From an uncultured Prevotellaceae bacterium (lineage in GTDB: Bacteria; Bacteroidota; Bacteroidia; Bacteroidales; Bacteroidaceae), in the NCBI GenBank assembly GCA_949295905.1, contig CASFNA010000007.1, positions 110,135 to 174,134 of the forward strand: DNA of 64,000 bases, given 5' to 3'. Position numbers and translations under genes: made by a program. Shown here one piece after another: positions 9,861 to 20,036 of the stretch; the stretch's first letter is position 1, and each line of letters starts with the position of its first letter. Under the pieces are notes generated by a model. That model did no database searches and was not told the origin of the DNA. It saw nothing but the letters and a program-made list of their open reading frames with translations.

Positions 9861-10130
9861 TTAACGGCGCAGACCGAGAGCCTTGATGATGGCACGGTAA
9901 CGGTTGATGTCGCGCTTGTACAGATAGTCAAGCAGACGGCGGCGCTTGCCGACGAGGATTGTCAGCGAACGCTGCGTTACGTGGTCCTTGTGGTGCTGCT
10001 TAAGGTGCTCCGTCAAGTGGGCAATACGGTATGAGAACAATGCTATCTGGCTCTCTGCCGAGCCAGTGTCAGTGTTAGACGTTCCGTACTTGCCGAAGAT
10101 TTCCTGCTTTTTAGCTGAATCTAAATACAT
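9861..10130 (-). CDS. rpsO: 30S ribosomal protein S15
   Basis: DTGSAESQIALFSYRIAHLTEHL..LVGKRRRLLDYL, 89 aa. Confidence 0.99.
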   Translation of the reverse strand: MYLDSAKKQEIFGKYGTSNTDTGSAESQIALFSYRIAHLTEHLKQHHKDHVTQRSLTILVGKRRRLLDYLYKRDINRYRAIIKALGLRR

Positions 10131-10237
10131 TTGTTTGTGATTGATTAAAAGTTTCTAATTACATCCTTCGGGCGGAACTGCGCCTCAATCACGGGCGCGG
10201 CCGTCGTCGAATGCATCGGATTTTCCGAATTCGGGTG

Positions 10238-10245
10238 CAAAGGTA
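10238..10245 (-). promoter_or_regulatory. -7 box for rpsO
   Basis: TACCTTTG, implies a leader of about 100 nt. Confidence 0.7.
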
Positions 10246-10549
10246 CTATTTTAAATGAAAAATGAAAAATTAAAAATTAAAAATCTACCGGCGTGCAAGC
10301 GTTTTTTAACATTCGGCTTTTTGTAAAACCATATAACGCAAAACTCACGCCTGACGTTTTGCTACGGTGTGGCGAAAAGCCGTGACACACTGATTTACAT
10401 TGACGCTCCAGGACGGCGATATTTTGCAAAACAAAACTTCATCGCGGAAATATCGCACGCAGAAGTGTGCAAAATTAAAGAACGTAGTATCAACAACTTA
10501 CACGCTTACACATGTTATTTGTGTAATAAAACGGCGCGGAAAACGCTGC

Positions 10550-10696
10550 GAAAGGCCATGTTTTGCAACGCAAAAAGCCGTCAACACGGCATGAAACGGC
10601 GGCCTTCGCGACGGCAAAAGGCGGTCAACCGCATTGCAAAAGACGGTCTTTTACAAGACGAAAGGCCGCAAACGGCACAGCCAAAGGCCACCTTTC
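10550..10696. repeat. 22-bp-period array, locus C (7 units)
   Basis: Units at 10550, 10572, 10594, 10616, 10638, 10660, 10682. Confidence 0.88.
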
Positions 10697-11098
10697 GCCA
10701 CGAAAACAACCTTAAACGGCCTCACAGCTCGCTATCTTGCGCAAAATGCGCGAACATCATTCCGTTGACACATTGACAAGCAAACCTCATATTATATGAC
10801 ATTCCACAATATATTAATGATAAAATACCACCACATAAGTATACAACAAGTACCCGTCAAAGCCATAATAGAGCCTGATTTATGCGGCTCAAGTTGACAG
10901 CCTATTTATACCCATATTATAACCTCATAACAACAAATACACAATACTAATACAACCATTGGTATAAAAACACAAGAAGAACTAACATTTTAACATTCAA
11001 CACTTTGTTATCGTTTAATTTTAGTATATATTTGCAAAGTATTCATTGACCAAAGCGTTTGTTTGCAAACAAATGTAAAAACACAATGGAGGCGGAAC

Positions 11099-11719
11099 AT
11101 GAAAGTTTGCATTAGAAATATCATTTTATTAGCTATCACATTAGCAGTGGTGGGGTGCAGCGATGAGAACGACTATCCGTTAAAGGGCAAGTTGGACGAT
11201 TTCACTACGGCAGACGGCAAAAATATAAAAGTCAGGAACGACACGGCCTGCATCTTTCCAACAGATGAAATCGAACTATTCGCTACGGATATTGCCAACG
11301 AAAACGATATTGAGGTGCTGAAAAGGTACACCGACAGCAAAACGGAAGGCTATTGGATAAGGGCTAAATTCGGCGGTTGGTGTGAAAAAATAGGACTTGA
11401 CAGCAACAAGGAATACATCATAAGGAGGGAGTATTACTATCAGGCAATAGCCGACAAACCCGGGTGGTTTGCCTGTCCGTTCGTTCCCGACAACAAGCAC
11501 ATGGGCCTAATAGAACGCGGCGACGGGACTTTTGCAATAGGATATACTGGCGGCCCGACGGCTTATTGGGACGAACCGGGGATTATCGGAAACTGTAAGA
11601 CGATGATAATACACATTGGCTACGATGCCGACGGCAACACAGTAGACAAATATTTCCCATGTATGCCAGCCGATTTGGAGTGGCATTATTCGTGGTTGGA
11701 ACTTGATTTTAACAATTAA
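11099..11719 (+). CDS. Hypothetical lipoprotein
   Basis: MKVCIRNIILLAITLAVVG-C lipobox followed by acidic SDEND; TATATTTG box at 11027-11034; lower GC than the core genes. Confidence 0.85.
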   Translation: MKVCIRNIILLAITLAVVGCSDENDYPLKGKLDDFTTADGKNIKVRNDTACIFPTDEIELFATDIANENDIEVLKRYTDSKTEGYWIRAKFGGWCEKIGLDSNKEYIIRREYYYQAIADKPGWFACPFVPDNKHMGLIERGDGTFAIGYTGGPTAYWDEPGIIGNCKTMIIHIGYDADGNTVDKYFPCMPADLEWHYSWLELDFNN

Positions 11720-11751
11720 GCAATCAAAAACAATCTTTAATATTATCCATT

Positions 11752-11937
11752 TCAAGTATAATATGTCCGAGCAAAAAGATAGATAGACATCATCCATACA
11801 GACCCGAAGATTTGGAATGGACTTATATTTTCCTTTCGATGTAACAAAACATAACTGCCAACAATAAGGAGAAAAAGGAGAAAAAACACCTTTCTCTCCT
11901 TTACTTTTAATGTGAAGACTCTATCTAATATTGTCAT
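11752..11937 (-). CDS. Possible small 2-TM protein
   Basis: 61-aa open frame in AT-rich DNA with two hydrophobic stretches; no clear promoter. Confidence 0.35.
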   Translation of the reverse strand: MTILDRVFTLKVKERKVFFLLFLLIVGSYVLLHRKENISPFQIFGSVWMMSIYLFARTYYT

Positions 11938-12008
11938 TTTCTTAACTCTTAATTCTTAATTCTTAATTTAAAGATGTAATTTTGCACCCGATTTTATAAG
12001 GTATTAGT

Positions 12009-13811
12009 ATGCAAGACATTAGGAACATAGCGATTATCGCCCACGTAGACCACGGCAAGACCACACTCGTGGACAAGATGATGTTGGCCGGAAACCTGTT
12101 CCGCGACGGACAGGACTTGAGCGGCCAGGTGCTCGACAGCAACGACCTGGAGCGTGAGCGAGGAATAACCATACTCTCAAAGAACGTTTCCATCAACTGG
12201 AAAGGTACGAAAATCAACATCATAGACACCCCGGGACACTCCGACTTCGGCGGCGAAGTGGAGCGCGTCTTGAACATGGCCGACGGCTGCCTGCTGCTGG
12301 TTGACGCCTTCGAAGGCCCTATGCCGCAGACCCGCTTCGTGCTTCAGAAGGCTCTGCAAATCGGTCTGAAGCCCATCGTTGTGGTCAACAAGGTTGACAA
12401 ACCCAACTGCCGTCCCGAGGAAGTGTACGAGATGGTGTTCGACCTGATGTTCTCGCTCAACGCCACCGAAGACCAGCTGGACTTCCCCGTGGTGTACGGC
12501 TCGGCCAAGAACGGCTGGATGGGCGAGGACTACAAAGTGCCTACGGACAACATCAACTACCTGCTCGACAAGATTGTGGAGGTAATCCCGGCTCCGCGCG
12601 CACTCGAAGGCACGCCCCAGATGCTCATAACCAGCCTCGACTATTCAAGCTACACAGGGCGAATAGCCGTTGGTCGCGTCCACCGCGGCACGCTTACCGA
12701 GGGCATGAACATAACCATCTGCCACCGCGACGGCTCGCAGGAGAAGACCAAAATCAAGGAACTGCACACCTTCGAGGGCATGGGGCACGTAAAGACAAGC
12801 CAGGTATCGAGCGGCGACATCTGCGCCATCATCGGCCTGGAGAAGTTTGAAATAGGCGACACCATCTGCGACTTCGAGAACCCCGAGCCGCTTCCTCCCA
12901 TCGCGATTGACGAGCCTACGATGAGCATGCTGTTCACTATCAACGACTCGCCGTTCTTCGGCAAGGAGGGAAAGTACGTCACCAGCCGCCACATCAACGA
13001 CCGCTTGCAGAAAGAATTGGAGAAAAACCTCGCCCTGCGCGTGGCTCCCTTCGGCGACTCTACCGACAAGTGGCTCGTCAGCGGACGCGGTGTGCTCCAC
13101 CTCTCGGTGCTCATCGAGACCATGCGCCGCGAGGGTTACGAGCTTCAGGTAGGCCAACCGCAGGTAATATACAAGGAAATCGACGGCGTGAAATGCGAAC
13201 CCATCGAGGAGCTTACCATAAATGTGCCCGAGGAGTTTGCCAGCAAGATGATTGACATGGTTACCCGCCGCAAGGGCGAAATGACGTCAATGGAAAGCCA
13301 GGCAGACCGCGTAAACATTGAGTTCGACGTGCCTTCGCGCGGCATCATCGGCCTGCGCACAAACGTACTCACCGCCAGTCAGGGCGAAGCCATCATGGCT
13401 CACCGCTTCAAGGAGTACCAGCCTTACAAGGGAGACATCACCCGACGCATCAACGGCAGCATGATAGCTATGGAGACAGGTACGGCCTACGCCTACTCAA
13501 TCGACAAGCTGCAAGACCGCGGCAAGTTCTTCATCGACCCGGGCGAGGAGGTCTACGCCGGCGAGGTTGTAGGCGAACACGTACACGACAACGACCTCGT
13601 GGTGAACGTTACAAAGGCAAAACAGCTTACCAACACACGCGCCAGCGGCTCTGACGACAAGGCGCGCATCGTGCCGCGCACCATCCTCTCGCTCGAGGAA
13701 GCCCTTGAATACATCAAGGAGGACGAGCTTGTCGAGGTTACGCCGAAGTCGATGCGTATGCGCAAAATCATCCTCGACCACAACGACCGCAAGCGAGCCA
13801 ACAAGCAGTAA
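12009..13811 (+). CDS. typA: Translational GTPase TypA/BipA
   Basis: [37 protein letters not shown]; TAATTTTG box at 11977-11984. Confidence 0.98.
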   Translation: MQDIRNIAIIAHVDHGKTTLVDKMMLAGNLFRDGQDLSGQVLDSNDLERERGITILSKNVSINWKGTKINIIDTPGHSDFGGEVERVLNMADGCLLLVDAFEGPMPQTRFVLQKALQIGLKPIVVVNKVDKPNCRPEEVYEMVFDLMFSLNATEDQLDFPVVYGSAKNGWMGEDYKVPTDNINYLLDKIVEVIPAPRALEGTPQMLITSLDYSSYTGRIAVGRVHRGTLTEGMNITICHRDGSQEKTKIKELHTFEGMGHVKTSQVSSGDICAIIGLEKFEIGDTICDFENPEPLPPIAIDEPTMSMLFTINDSPFFGKEGKYVTSRHINDRLQKELEKNLALRVAPFGDSTDKWLVSGRGVLHLSVLIETMRREGYELQVGQPQVIYKEIDGVKCEPIEELTINVPEEFASKMIDMVTRRKGEMTSMESQADRVNIEFDVPSRGIIGLRTNVLTASQGEAIMAHRFKEYQPYKGDITRRINGSMIAMETGTAYAYSIDKLQDRGKFFIDPGEEVYAGEVVGEHVHDNDLVVNVTKAKQLTNTRASGSDDKARIVPRTILSLEEALEYIKEDELVEVTPKSMRMRKIILDHNDRKRANKQ

Positions 13812-13823
13812 GCAACTTTGTTG

Positions 13824-13957
13824 TAATTAAGAATTAAGAGTTAAGAATTAAGAAAATATGCTTTGAAACAGCAACGGTGATTTTCTTAATTCTTAACTCT
13901 TAATTCTTAATTCACGAAGTGTTGTTTTCTTAATTCTTAACTCTTAATTCTTAATTA
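13824..13957. repeat. Heptamer (AATTAAG) tandem arrays: one left arm, two right arms
   Basis: aattaagaattaagagttaagaattaagaaaa, then two copies of ttttcttaattcttaactcttaattcttaatt. Confidence 0.9.
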
Positions 13958-13968
13958 AAAATGAGACT

Positions 13969-14991
13969 ATGAAATATTTGACTACAAGCATCATTTTGCT
14001 GTTCTTCACGCTGTGTGCAGACGCGCAAATACGGCTCGTTGATGCCGCCGACGGCAGTCCGGTGCAGGCCGCAAGCGTATTTGTTGAAGGCGGAAAGTGC
14101 GTCGGCGCAAGCGGCAACGACGGCGCGGTGCCACTGCCCAAAGGGTATAACGGCGCGGTGACGGTGCAGCACATCAACTACGGGAGCCGTGAGTTCCGCG
14201 CCGACACGGTGTCAGGCGGCACGGTGAGGCTCACGCCATACATACACGAAATACCCGAAGTGACGGCCAAGTACGAACGTCCCGACTATCTGGTAATCAT
14301 CGCCTACGAGCGCAGCTACATGATAATAGACTCCATCCCGTCGTCGTTCAGCGATGCCGTGTACGACTATTACGTGCCTTTGCGCCACGGACGGGTAAGG
14401 CGCAAGATGCGCTCAATGAGGAACTTGCACAAAGTCCGCTCGCAGGAAAACAGCCAATCGGAATTTTACAGCAGTCCGACGATGATAAAGTTGAAGAAGA
14501 AAACCCTTCTCGACAAGTTCCGTGACAAGGGCTATTTGGCCGACTCTACGGCAAGCGGAACGATGGAACGCGGACGGGCTGGCTACGTAAAAGGCATCAG
14601 GTGCGACCCGGCAGGCAAGACGATGACCGTCTACATCGACAGCGTTTTTGCCAACAGAAAGCGCAGGACGGTAAGTTTCTTTGGCATAAAGATACGCTTC
14701 GAGAACTACAAGAAAGGCGAAACGTATGACATAAGCAACAACAGTTCGCCCACATTGAGGAACCTCGTCAACATGTACGAATATCTTGACATGTACATGA
14801 GGCCTGGAAGGAAATTCGAGATGAAAAGATGTGAGACATTCGAAGACCTTTACGTCACAGGCGTAGGCTACGCCACGAAGAAGGAGATGAAGGCCGCAAT
14901 GAAAGCAAACAGCCTCAAACCGCTCGTAGTGCCGCCATCAGTTCCGCCGCTAAGCACACCCTTGGCCGAGGCCGTCAGCTGCATGAAATGA
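13969..14991 (+). CDS. Secreted hypothetical protein with an N-terminal CarboxypepD_reg-like domain
   Basis: Signal peptide; LVDAADGSPVQAASV..SGNDG..VQHINY..IPEVT pattern. Confidence 0.8.
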   Translation: MKYLTTSIILLFFTLCADAQIRLVDAADGSPVQAASVFVEGGKCVGASGNDGAVPLPKGYNGAVTVQHINYGSREFRADTVSGGTVRLTPYIHEIPEVTAKYERPDYLVIIAYERSYMIIDSIPSSFSDAVYDYYVPLRHGRVRRKMRSMRNLHKVRSQENSQSEFYSSPTMIKLKKKTLLDKFRDKGYLADSTASGTMERGRAGYVKGIRCDPAGKTMTVYIDSVFANRKRRTVSFFGIKIRFENYKKGETYDISNNSSPTLRNLVNMYEYLDMYMRPGRKFEMKRCETFEDLYVTGVGYATKKEMKAAMKANSLKPLVVPPSVPPLSTPLAEAVSCMK

Positions 14992-15060
14992 TGCAGCGGC
15001 ACATACATTAGGAAGTATCATGACACCGTTTTCAGCATAAAGCGAAAACATCCTTTTTGC

Positions 15061-15169
15061 GAAAGGTGGCCTTTTAGCTTATAAAAGGCCACCTTTTACA
15101 TTGTAAAATGCCGTCTTTTGCAAGCTAAAAGACGACATTTTGCCCAGTCGTTGATTTACAGGCGGTTAC
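15061..15169. repeat. 22-bp-period array, locus D (4 units plus terminal palindrome)
   Basis: Units at 15061, 15083, 15105, 15127; cap ..gttgatttacaggcggttac overlaps the TAA of the convergent gene. Confidence 0.9.
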
Positions 15170-17685
15170 TGTCCGCCGCCCTGCTGTCCGCCGCTTTTCA
15201 CGTCGTCGTTGCTTATTGTGCGCTCCGCCTTCCTGACGGATGCCTTCAACTCGCCTATGCGGAAGCTCACGCTAAGGCCGAAACGCTGCTGTACGTACCT
15301 GCTCCAGGAACGTTGCGTGAAGGCGGTGCTTGACGTGGTGTTGTCATAATCCATGTATTTCTTGAAGAAGTTGTTGGCGTAGACCGACAGGGTGAGCCGC
15401 TTCTTGAGCAACTGCTTGGTTACGTTCAGCCCGTAACCAAAGAAGCCGCCGCCCTTGCCTTGCAGCGAAATCCAAGGCGTCTGTCCCCAACAGTTAAGGC
15501 TGATGCGCCAGTCCTTAGGCAGCGTCTGCTGCGCTCCGCCCGACGCAAACATGTTCCAGCCACGGTTGCTAAGGCCGTTTCCGTCGGACAGATACTGCCA
15601 GCTGCCGAACATGTTGGCGTAGATGCGCGTCGAGGTGAAGGGGTTATAGTTGGCGTATGCGTTCAAAGAGGCGCGCCGGGTCTTGCCTATGTTGCGGTAA
15701 GTGGTGTACAGCACGCTCTTGCCCGTAGGACTTTGCAGTCCGGCAATGTCGTTGTCGTTGACGAGAGACGTCACGCTCTCGATGCTGTTGTTGGTGAAAC
15801 TGTACGACAGGTTGAAGTTAAGGCTTAGCTTGGAAGTGAAGCTGTTGTAGCCGAGAGAGAACGAATGGGTCTTCTCGCTGACAAGGTTCGGGTTGCCTTG
15901 GCTGATTGACGTAGGGTCGGCATCGTTCAAATAAGGGTTCAAGTACCATATTCCGGGACGGTAGATGCGCATATTATAGCCCAAGCGCAGGTTCTGCGTG
16001 TCGGTCAGGCGGTAGCCTATTGATGCCGAGGGAACGATGTCGTCGAAGTCTTTTCGGAAGTCATCGCCGCGCCCGAGCAGGTATTTCACGTCCTGTATGG
16101 TGTGCTCGTAGCGCAGGCCGAGCCGCCCGGAGAGGCGTTTCCACTTGATGCCGTAGCCGAGATAGGCGGCCAGTATGTCGTTGCGGTGCTTGTAGTGAGA
16201 GCTGTGGTCTTCGTCAAACTCATATCTGCCGCCGTCCATCGCCGCCATGGTGTAGCGGTCGTTCTCCGACGAGTTGTCGCGAAGTATGTACTTGGCACCG
16301 GCCTCAAGCGTGTGGATTGAGTCGAAAGGAGTGGTGAAGTCCACCTGGAACGTGTGCTCGGTGGTGCGCTGCGAGCCGTCATTATGTTGGTTTTCGAGGC
16401 GGCGCAGATAGTCTTCCCAACCGACGGTGGCCGTCATGTCGTCATAGTCGGTGTACGAGTCGGTGGTCGAGGGGTCAGTGCTTATGCGGTAAGAGAAGGT
16501 GAGCATACGCTCCTTCACCTTGAAAAGACGCTGGTAGTCGATGCCTCCCTCGATGGAGAACCACGAGTTATGCGAGCGAGAAGGCATGGAGTAGGCATAC
16601 ACCTGCGAGCCGTCGAGCGGACTTGTGCCCGTCACCGACGACGCGCCGCGGCTGCTGTAGCTGTTGCCCCAGAGGCCGAACGAGCCGGTGACGAGGTTGA
16701 GCGAGTCGATTTCATAGCTCGCTTCGAGGCTGCCCATGTGGAAGTTGCTGCGTCCCTTGCTGCTTCCGTCACTGGCGGTGTTTGCCGATGTGGCCTGCGG
16801 CTCGTCACCGGTCACGGTGAGCGCGCTGCCGTAATAGCTGCGCGGACGGTCGCCGTAGTTGTAGTTGTAGCGTGCGCTTACGGTCAGTTTGCCGGCCTTC
16901 ACCGTGCCGAACACGCCTCCGCCTGCGCCCGTATTGCTGACGTTCGCGCTTACGGTGGCGGTGTATCCCTCGAAGCCCGAGCCTACGGTGACGATGTTAA
17001 GTATGCCGCCCACGCCCTCGGCGTCATACTTCGGACCGGGATTTGTGATGACTTCGATTTTCTTTATCGTGTTGGCGAGCATACTCTTGAGCACCTCCGA
17101 GGGGTTGTTTGACATCATGTTGTTGGGCCGTCCGTTGACGTACACCTTGAAAGACGAGCTGCCGTTCACCTTGATGTTGTCCTCTCCATCGACCGTAACC
17201 ATCGGAACTTTGCGCAGCATCTCCATCACCGTGTTGGTCTTAGAGTCGGGGTCGCTCTCCACGTCGTAGCCTATCTTGTCGATGTCGGCCGTAACGAGCG
17301 GCTTCTGCGCCACCACTTCTACGCCCGCCAGCTCGTTCCTGGCATCGCTGATGGCCACCTTGCCGAGGTCGGCGGTCGGTTTCCCGGCATCAACGGCAAA
17401 GTCTTTCACCACGTCGGCGCGCCCCATCGAGCTAACCGTAAGGCGGTACTTGCCCTTTGCGGCGAGACTTAGCGTGAAGCGTCCGTCCTTCTGCGTCACG
17501 CCCATCTTGACCGCTTTGCCCGGCGCGGCGGCGTTTTCAATGCGCACCGTGGCGTAAGGTTCGCCCTCGCCCGTGATTGAATCGACCACCAGTCCCTTGA
17601 CGGTAAAACCGTCAGAGCCTGCCGCCGACACCGCCGTGTGCGCCTGCGCAAGCATCAATAACAACAAAACAAGATATTTGTACAT
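15166..17685 (-). CDS. TonB-dependent receptor / outer-membrane beta-barrel protein
   Basis: Signal peptide, CarboxypepD_reg-like N-terminus, IKKIEVITNPGPKYDAEGVGGILNIVT plug, QGNPNL. Confidence 0.92.
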   Translation of the reverse strand: MYKYLVLLLLMLAQAHTAVSAAGSDGFTVKGLVVDSITGEGEPYATVRIENAAAPGKAVKMGVTQKDGRFTLSLAAKGKYRLTVSSMGRADVVKDFAVDAGKPTADLGKVAISDARNELAGVEVVAQKPLVTADIDKIGYDVESDPDSKTNTVMEMLRKVPMVTVDGEDNIKVNGSSSFKVYVNGRPNNMMSNNPSEVLKSMLANTIKKIEVITNPGPKYDAEGVGGILNIVTVGSGFEGYTATVSANVSNTGAGGGVFGTVKAGKLTVSARYNYNYGDRPRSYYGSALTVTGDEPQATSANTASDGSSKGRSNFHMGSLEASYEIDSLNLVTGSFGLWGNSYSSRGASSVTGTSPLDGSQVYAYSMPSRSHNSWFSIEGGIDYQRLFKVKERMLTFSYRISTDPSTTDSYTDYDDMTATVGWEDYLRRLENQHNDGSQRTTEHTFQVDFTTPFDSIHTLEAGAKYILRDNSSENDRYTMAAMDGGRYEFDEDHSSHYKHRNDILAAYLGYGIKWKRLSGRLGLRYEHTIQDVKYLLGRGDDFRKDFDDIVPSASIGYRLTDTQNLRLGYNMRIYRPGIWYLNPYLNDADPTSISQGNPNLVSEKTHSFSLGYNSFTSKLSLNFNLSYSFTNNSIESVTSLVNDNDIAGLQSPTGKSVLYTTYRNIGKTRRASLNAYANYNPFTSTRIYANMFGSWQYLSDGNGLSNRGWNMFASGGAQQTLPKDWRISLNCWGQTPWISLQGKGGGFFGYGLNVTKQLLKKRLTLSVYANNFFKKYMDYDNTTSSTAFTQRSWSRYVQQRFGLSVSFRIGELKASVRKAERTISNDDVKSGGQQGGGQ

Positions 17686-17750
17686 GGATGTCTATGTTTC
17701 GCCCCTGTGCTTTCGGCGGCACGGGGCATGGTAAAGTTCACATTAATATA

Positions 17751-17777
17751 TACGCCTTGACACGCCGAAATGTGACA
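17751..17777 (-). promoter_or_regulatory. Candidate ECF-sigma promoter
   Basis: TGTCACA-N16-CGTA on the minus strand, 65 nt before the start codon; a sigma-A box TACCTTTG also lies at 17858-17865. Confidence 0.45.
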
Positions 17778-17914
17778 ACGCGCGGCTTTATTTAACGTTT
17801 TTTACACGTCGCTACGTTGCTTACCGGTGCCCGGCAGGCGGCTGCTTAATGTCAATGCAAAGGTAATAAAAAAGCCGTTTCGCAGATAAAAATCCGCTGA
17901 AAATCGACATTTCA

Positions 17915-18045
17915 TAAGTCATTGATTATCAAGCAATAAGCCGACCGGCGGCAAACAGCTTTGCAAAAGGCCGTCTTTCGGCTTCTAAAAGACGGCCTTT
18001 CAGCGTGTAAAAGGTGGCCTTTCGCAGGCCGAAAGACGGCCTTTT
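17915..18045. repeat. 22-bp-period array, locus E (4 units plus palindrome)
   Basis: taagtcattgattatcaagcaataa at 17915; units at 17965, 17987, 18009, 18031. Confidence 0.92.
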
Positions 18046-18137
18046 GCAGAACGGCACAACAGCGTACGGTTTTACCTTTTTACTTTTTTACCCTTTTACC
18101 TTTAAGAAATAATCCGTAACTTTGCGCCCCGACAGCA

Positions 18138-19436
18138 ATGGACAAGCGTAACAAAGAAATATTAAGAATCGCCCTGCCGTCCATCGTGAGCAATATCACG
18201 GTGCCGCTCTTGGGGCTGGTCGATGTGGCTATAGTGGGCCATCTCGGCGCGGCGGCGTACATAGGGGCAATCGCGGTGGGCGGTATGACGTTCAACGTGA
18301 TGTACTGGATATTCGGTTTCCTGCGCATGGGAACGAGCGGAATGACGTCGCAGGCGCTCGGACGGCGCGACTTCGGCGAGGTGACACGCCTGCTGGCGCG
18401 CTCCCTCGGCATAGCCTTCGCCATAGCCTTTGCGCTCATCCTGCTGCAAACACCGCTGCGCACGGCGGCCTTGAGCATAATGCAGCCCACGGCGGAGGTG
18501 GCGCGGCTGGCGTCGGTTTACTTCGACACGCTCATCTACGGGGCACCGGCCATGCTCGGACTGTTCAGCCTCTCGGGCTGGTTCATCGGTATGCAGAACT
18601 CGCGCACGCCGATGGCCGTCGCCATAGTGCAGAACATCGTGAACATCGCCGCGAGCACTTTGCTCGTATTCGGACTTGGGATGAAGGTCGAAGGTGTGGC
18701 CCTCGGCACGCTGACCGCGCAATACGCAGGCTTCATTATGGCCGTGGGCTTGTGCTGGAAACACTACCGCCGACTGCGCCGTTACTTCTCTTGGCAAGGC
18801 GTATGGCGGCGCGAGGCCATGCGGCGGTTCTTCTCCGTCAACCGCGACATATTCCTTCGCACGCTCTGCATGGTGTCCGTCATGCTCTTCTTCACGTCCG
18901 CCGGGTCGTGGCAGGGCGAGGTGGTGCTGGCCGTAAACACGCTGCTCATGCAGTTTTACCTGCTCTTCTCTTACGTGATGGACGGCTTTGCCTATGCCGG
19001 CGAAGCCCTATCGGGCCGCTACTATGGCGCGCGCAACCGTGCCGCACTGCGCGAAACGGTGCGCGACCTCTTCCGTTGGGGCTTCCTCATGGCCGCCGCC
19101 TTCACGCTGGTCTACGCCCTCGGGGGCGACGCCTTCCTGTCGCTGCTCACCGACGAGCCGCATGTCGTAGCCGCGTCGCACACCTATTATTATTGGGCTC
19201 TTGCCATTCCGTTGGCCGGAGTGGCGGCTTTCGTATGGGACGGGGTATTCATCGGCTGCACGATGACGCGCGGAATGCTCATCTCAATGGCCGTAGCCGC
19301 CGCGGCGTTCTTCGCCGTTTACTTCTTGTCTCGCGGCCGTTTCGCCAACCACGGGCTGTGGGCGGCGTTCATAACATACGTTTTTCTGCGCGGATTTGTA
19401 CAGAAGTTTATATATAGCAAACAAGCAGACAAGTGA
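18138..19436 (+). CDS. MATE family efflux transporter (DinF-like)
   Basis: NITVPLLGLVDVAIVGHL, FGFLRMGTSGMTSQA, DGFAYAGE; TAACTTTG box at 18117-18124. Confidence 0.93.
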   Translation: MDKRNKEILRIALPSIVSNITVPLLGLVDVAIVGHLGAAAYIGAIAVGGMTFNVMYWIFGFLRMGTSGMTSQALGRRDFGEVTRLLARSLGIAFAIAFALILLQTPLRTAALSIMQPTAEVARLASVYFDTLIYGAPAMLGLFSLSGWFIGMQNSRTPMAVAIVQNIVNIAASTLLVFGLGMKVEGVALGTLTAQYAGFIMAVGLCWKHYRRLRRYFSWQGVWRREAMRRFFSVNRDIFLRTLCMVSVMLFFTSAGSWQGEVVLAVNTLLMQFYLLFSYVMDGFAYAGEALSGRYYGARNRAALRETVRDLFRWGFLMAAAFTLVYALGGDAFLSLLTDEPHVVAASHTYYYWALAIPLAGVAAFVWDGVFIGCTMTRGMLISMAVAAAAFFAVYFLSRGRFANHGLWAAFITYVFLRGFVQKFIYSKQADK

Positions 19437-19538
19437 CGAGCAGACAAAGAGATTTGCTTTATTGGCGACATCTATATAAACATTCAATAATAGAAGCAAA
19501 TCTCCTTGTCTGCTCGTCACTTGTCTGCTTGTCTGCTA
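19415..19538. repeat. Long inverted repeat built of ACAAGCAG-type units
   Basis: About 45-bp near-perfect arms between the convergent MATE and luxS genes; the left arm contains the MATE stop codon. Confidence 0.88.
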
Positions 19539-19546
19539 AAATTACC

Positions 19547-20026
19547 CTATTCAGGGTAAACCATGTTTTCTTCCCCTATGTTTTCAAGCACCTCGGTAAG
19601 GTATTTGCGGGCTTCGAGGCGTGCCATGGGCAGGTCGTGGAGCAGGTAATTGCCGCAATCGCGCGCCGCGGCACCGGGCACTTCGCCGTCGAACGAGGCG
19701 ATGAAGGCGAACGTGCGGCGCATCAACGGCACGATGTCCTGCGGCAGGAGGTCGCCTTTCACGAGCAGGTAGTTGCCCGTAAGGCATCCCATAGGCCCCC
19801 AATAAACTATGCGGTCGGCCCATTCTGCGTCGTTGCGGAGGTAGGTTGCGGCCAGATGTTCTATCGTATGGAGTGCTCCGGGGTGCAGTGCAGGCTCGCG
19901 GTTAGGCTCTTTCATGCGTATGTCGAACGTGGTTACGGTGTCGCCTCCAACGCTGTCCTTGCGTGAGACGTATATTCCACGGAGCAGCTTCTCGTGGTCG
20001 ATGGTAAAGCTGGGGATGGTCTTCAT
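19547..20026 (-). CDS. luxS: S-ribosylhomocysteine lyase
   Basis: SFTIDH, HTIEH, GPMGCLTG, CGNY. Confidence 0.97.
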   Translation of the reverse strand: MKTIPSFTIDHEKLLRGIYVSRKDSVGGDTVTTFDIRMKEPNREPALHPGALHTIEHLAATYLRNDAEWADRIVYWGPMGCLTGNYLLVKGDLLPQDIVPLMRRTFAFIASFDGEVPGAAARDCGNYLLHDLPMARLEARKYLTEVLENIGEENMVYPE

Positions 20027-20036
20027 ATTGTCTTTT

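Noticed and set aside
9379-9864. 161-aa ORF between the small membrane genes and rpsO
   Set aside because: Composed of 9-mer arrays, the REP doublet and the terminator palindrome; TTG start, no coding signature.
10369-10776. ORFs over the 22-bp arrays (also 3606-3863, 21109-21405, 27820-28008, 36499-36936, 36752-37021, 44338-44700, 56771-57232)
   Set aside because: Their KRPSF/KGRLL/KTAF/RPF peptides are translations of the DNA repeat; atypical composition and no family motifs.
17965-18045. CRISPR array interpretation of the repeat-spacer pattern
   Set aside because: 15-bp degenerate units in mixed orientation with 7-bp spacers are far too short, and there are no cas genes or leader.
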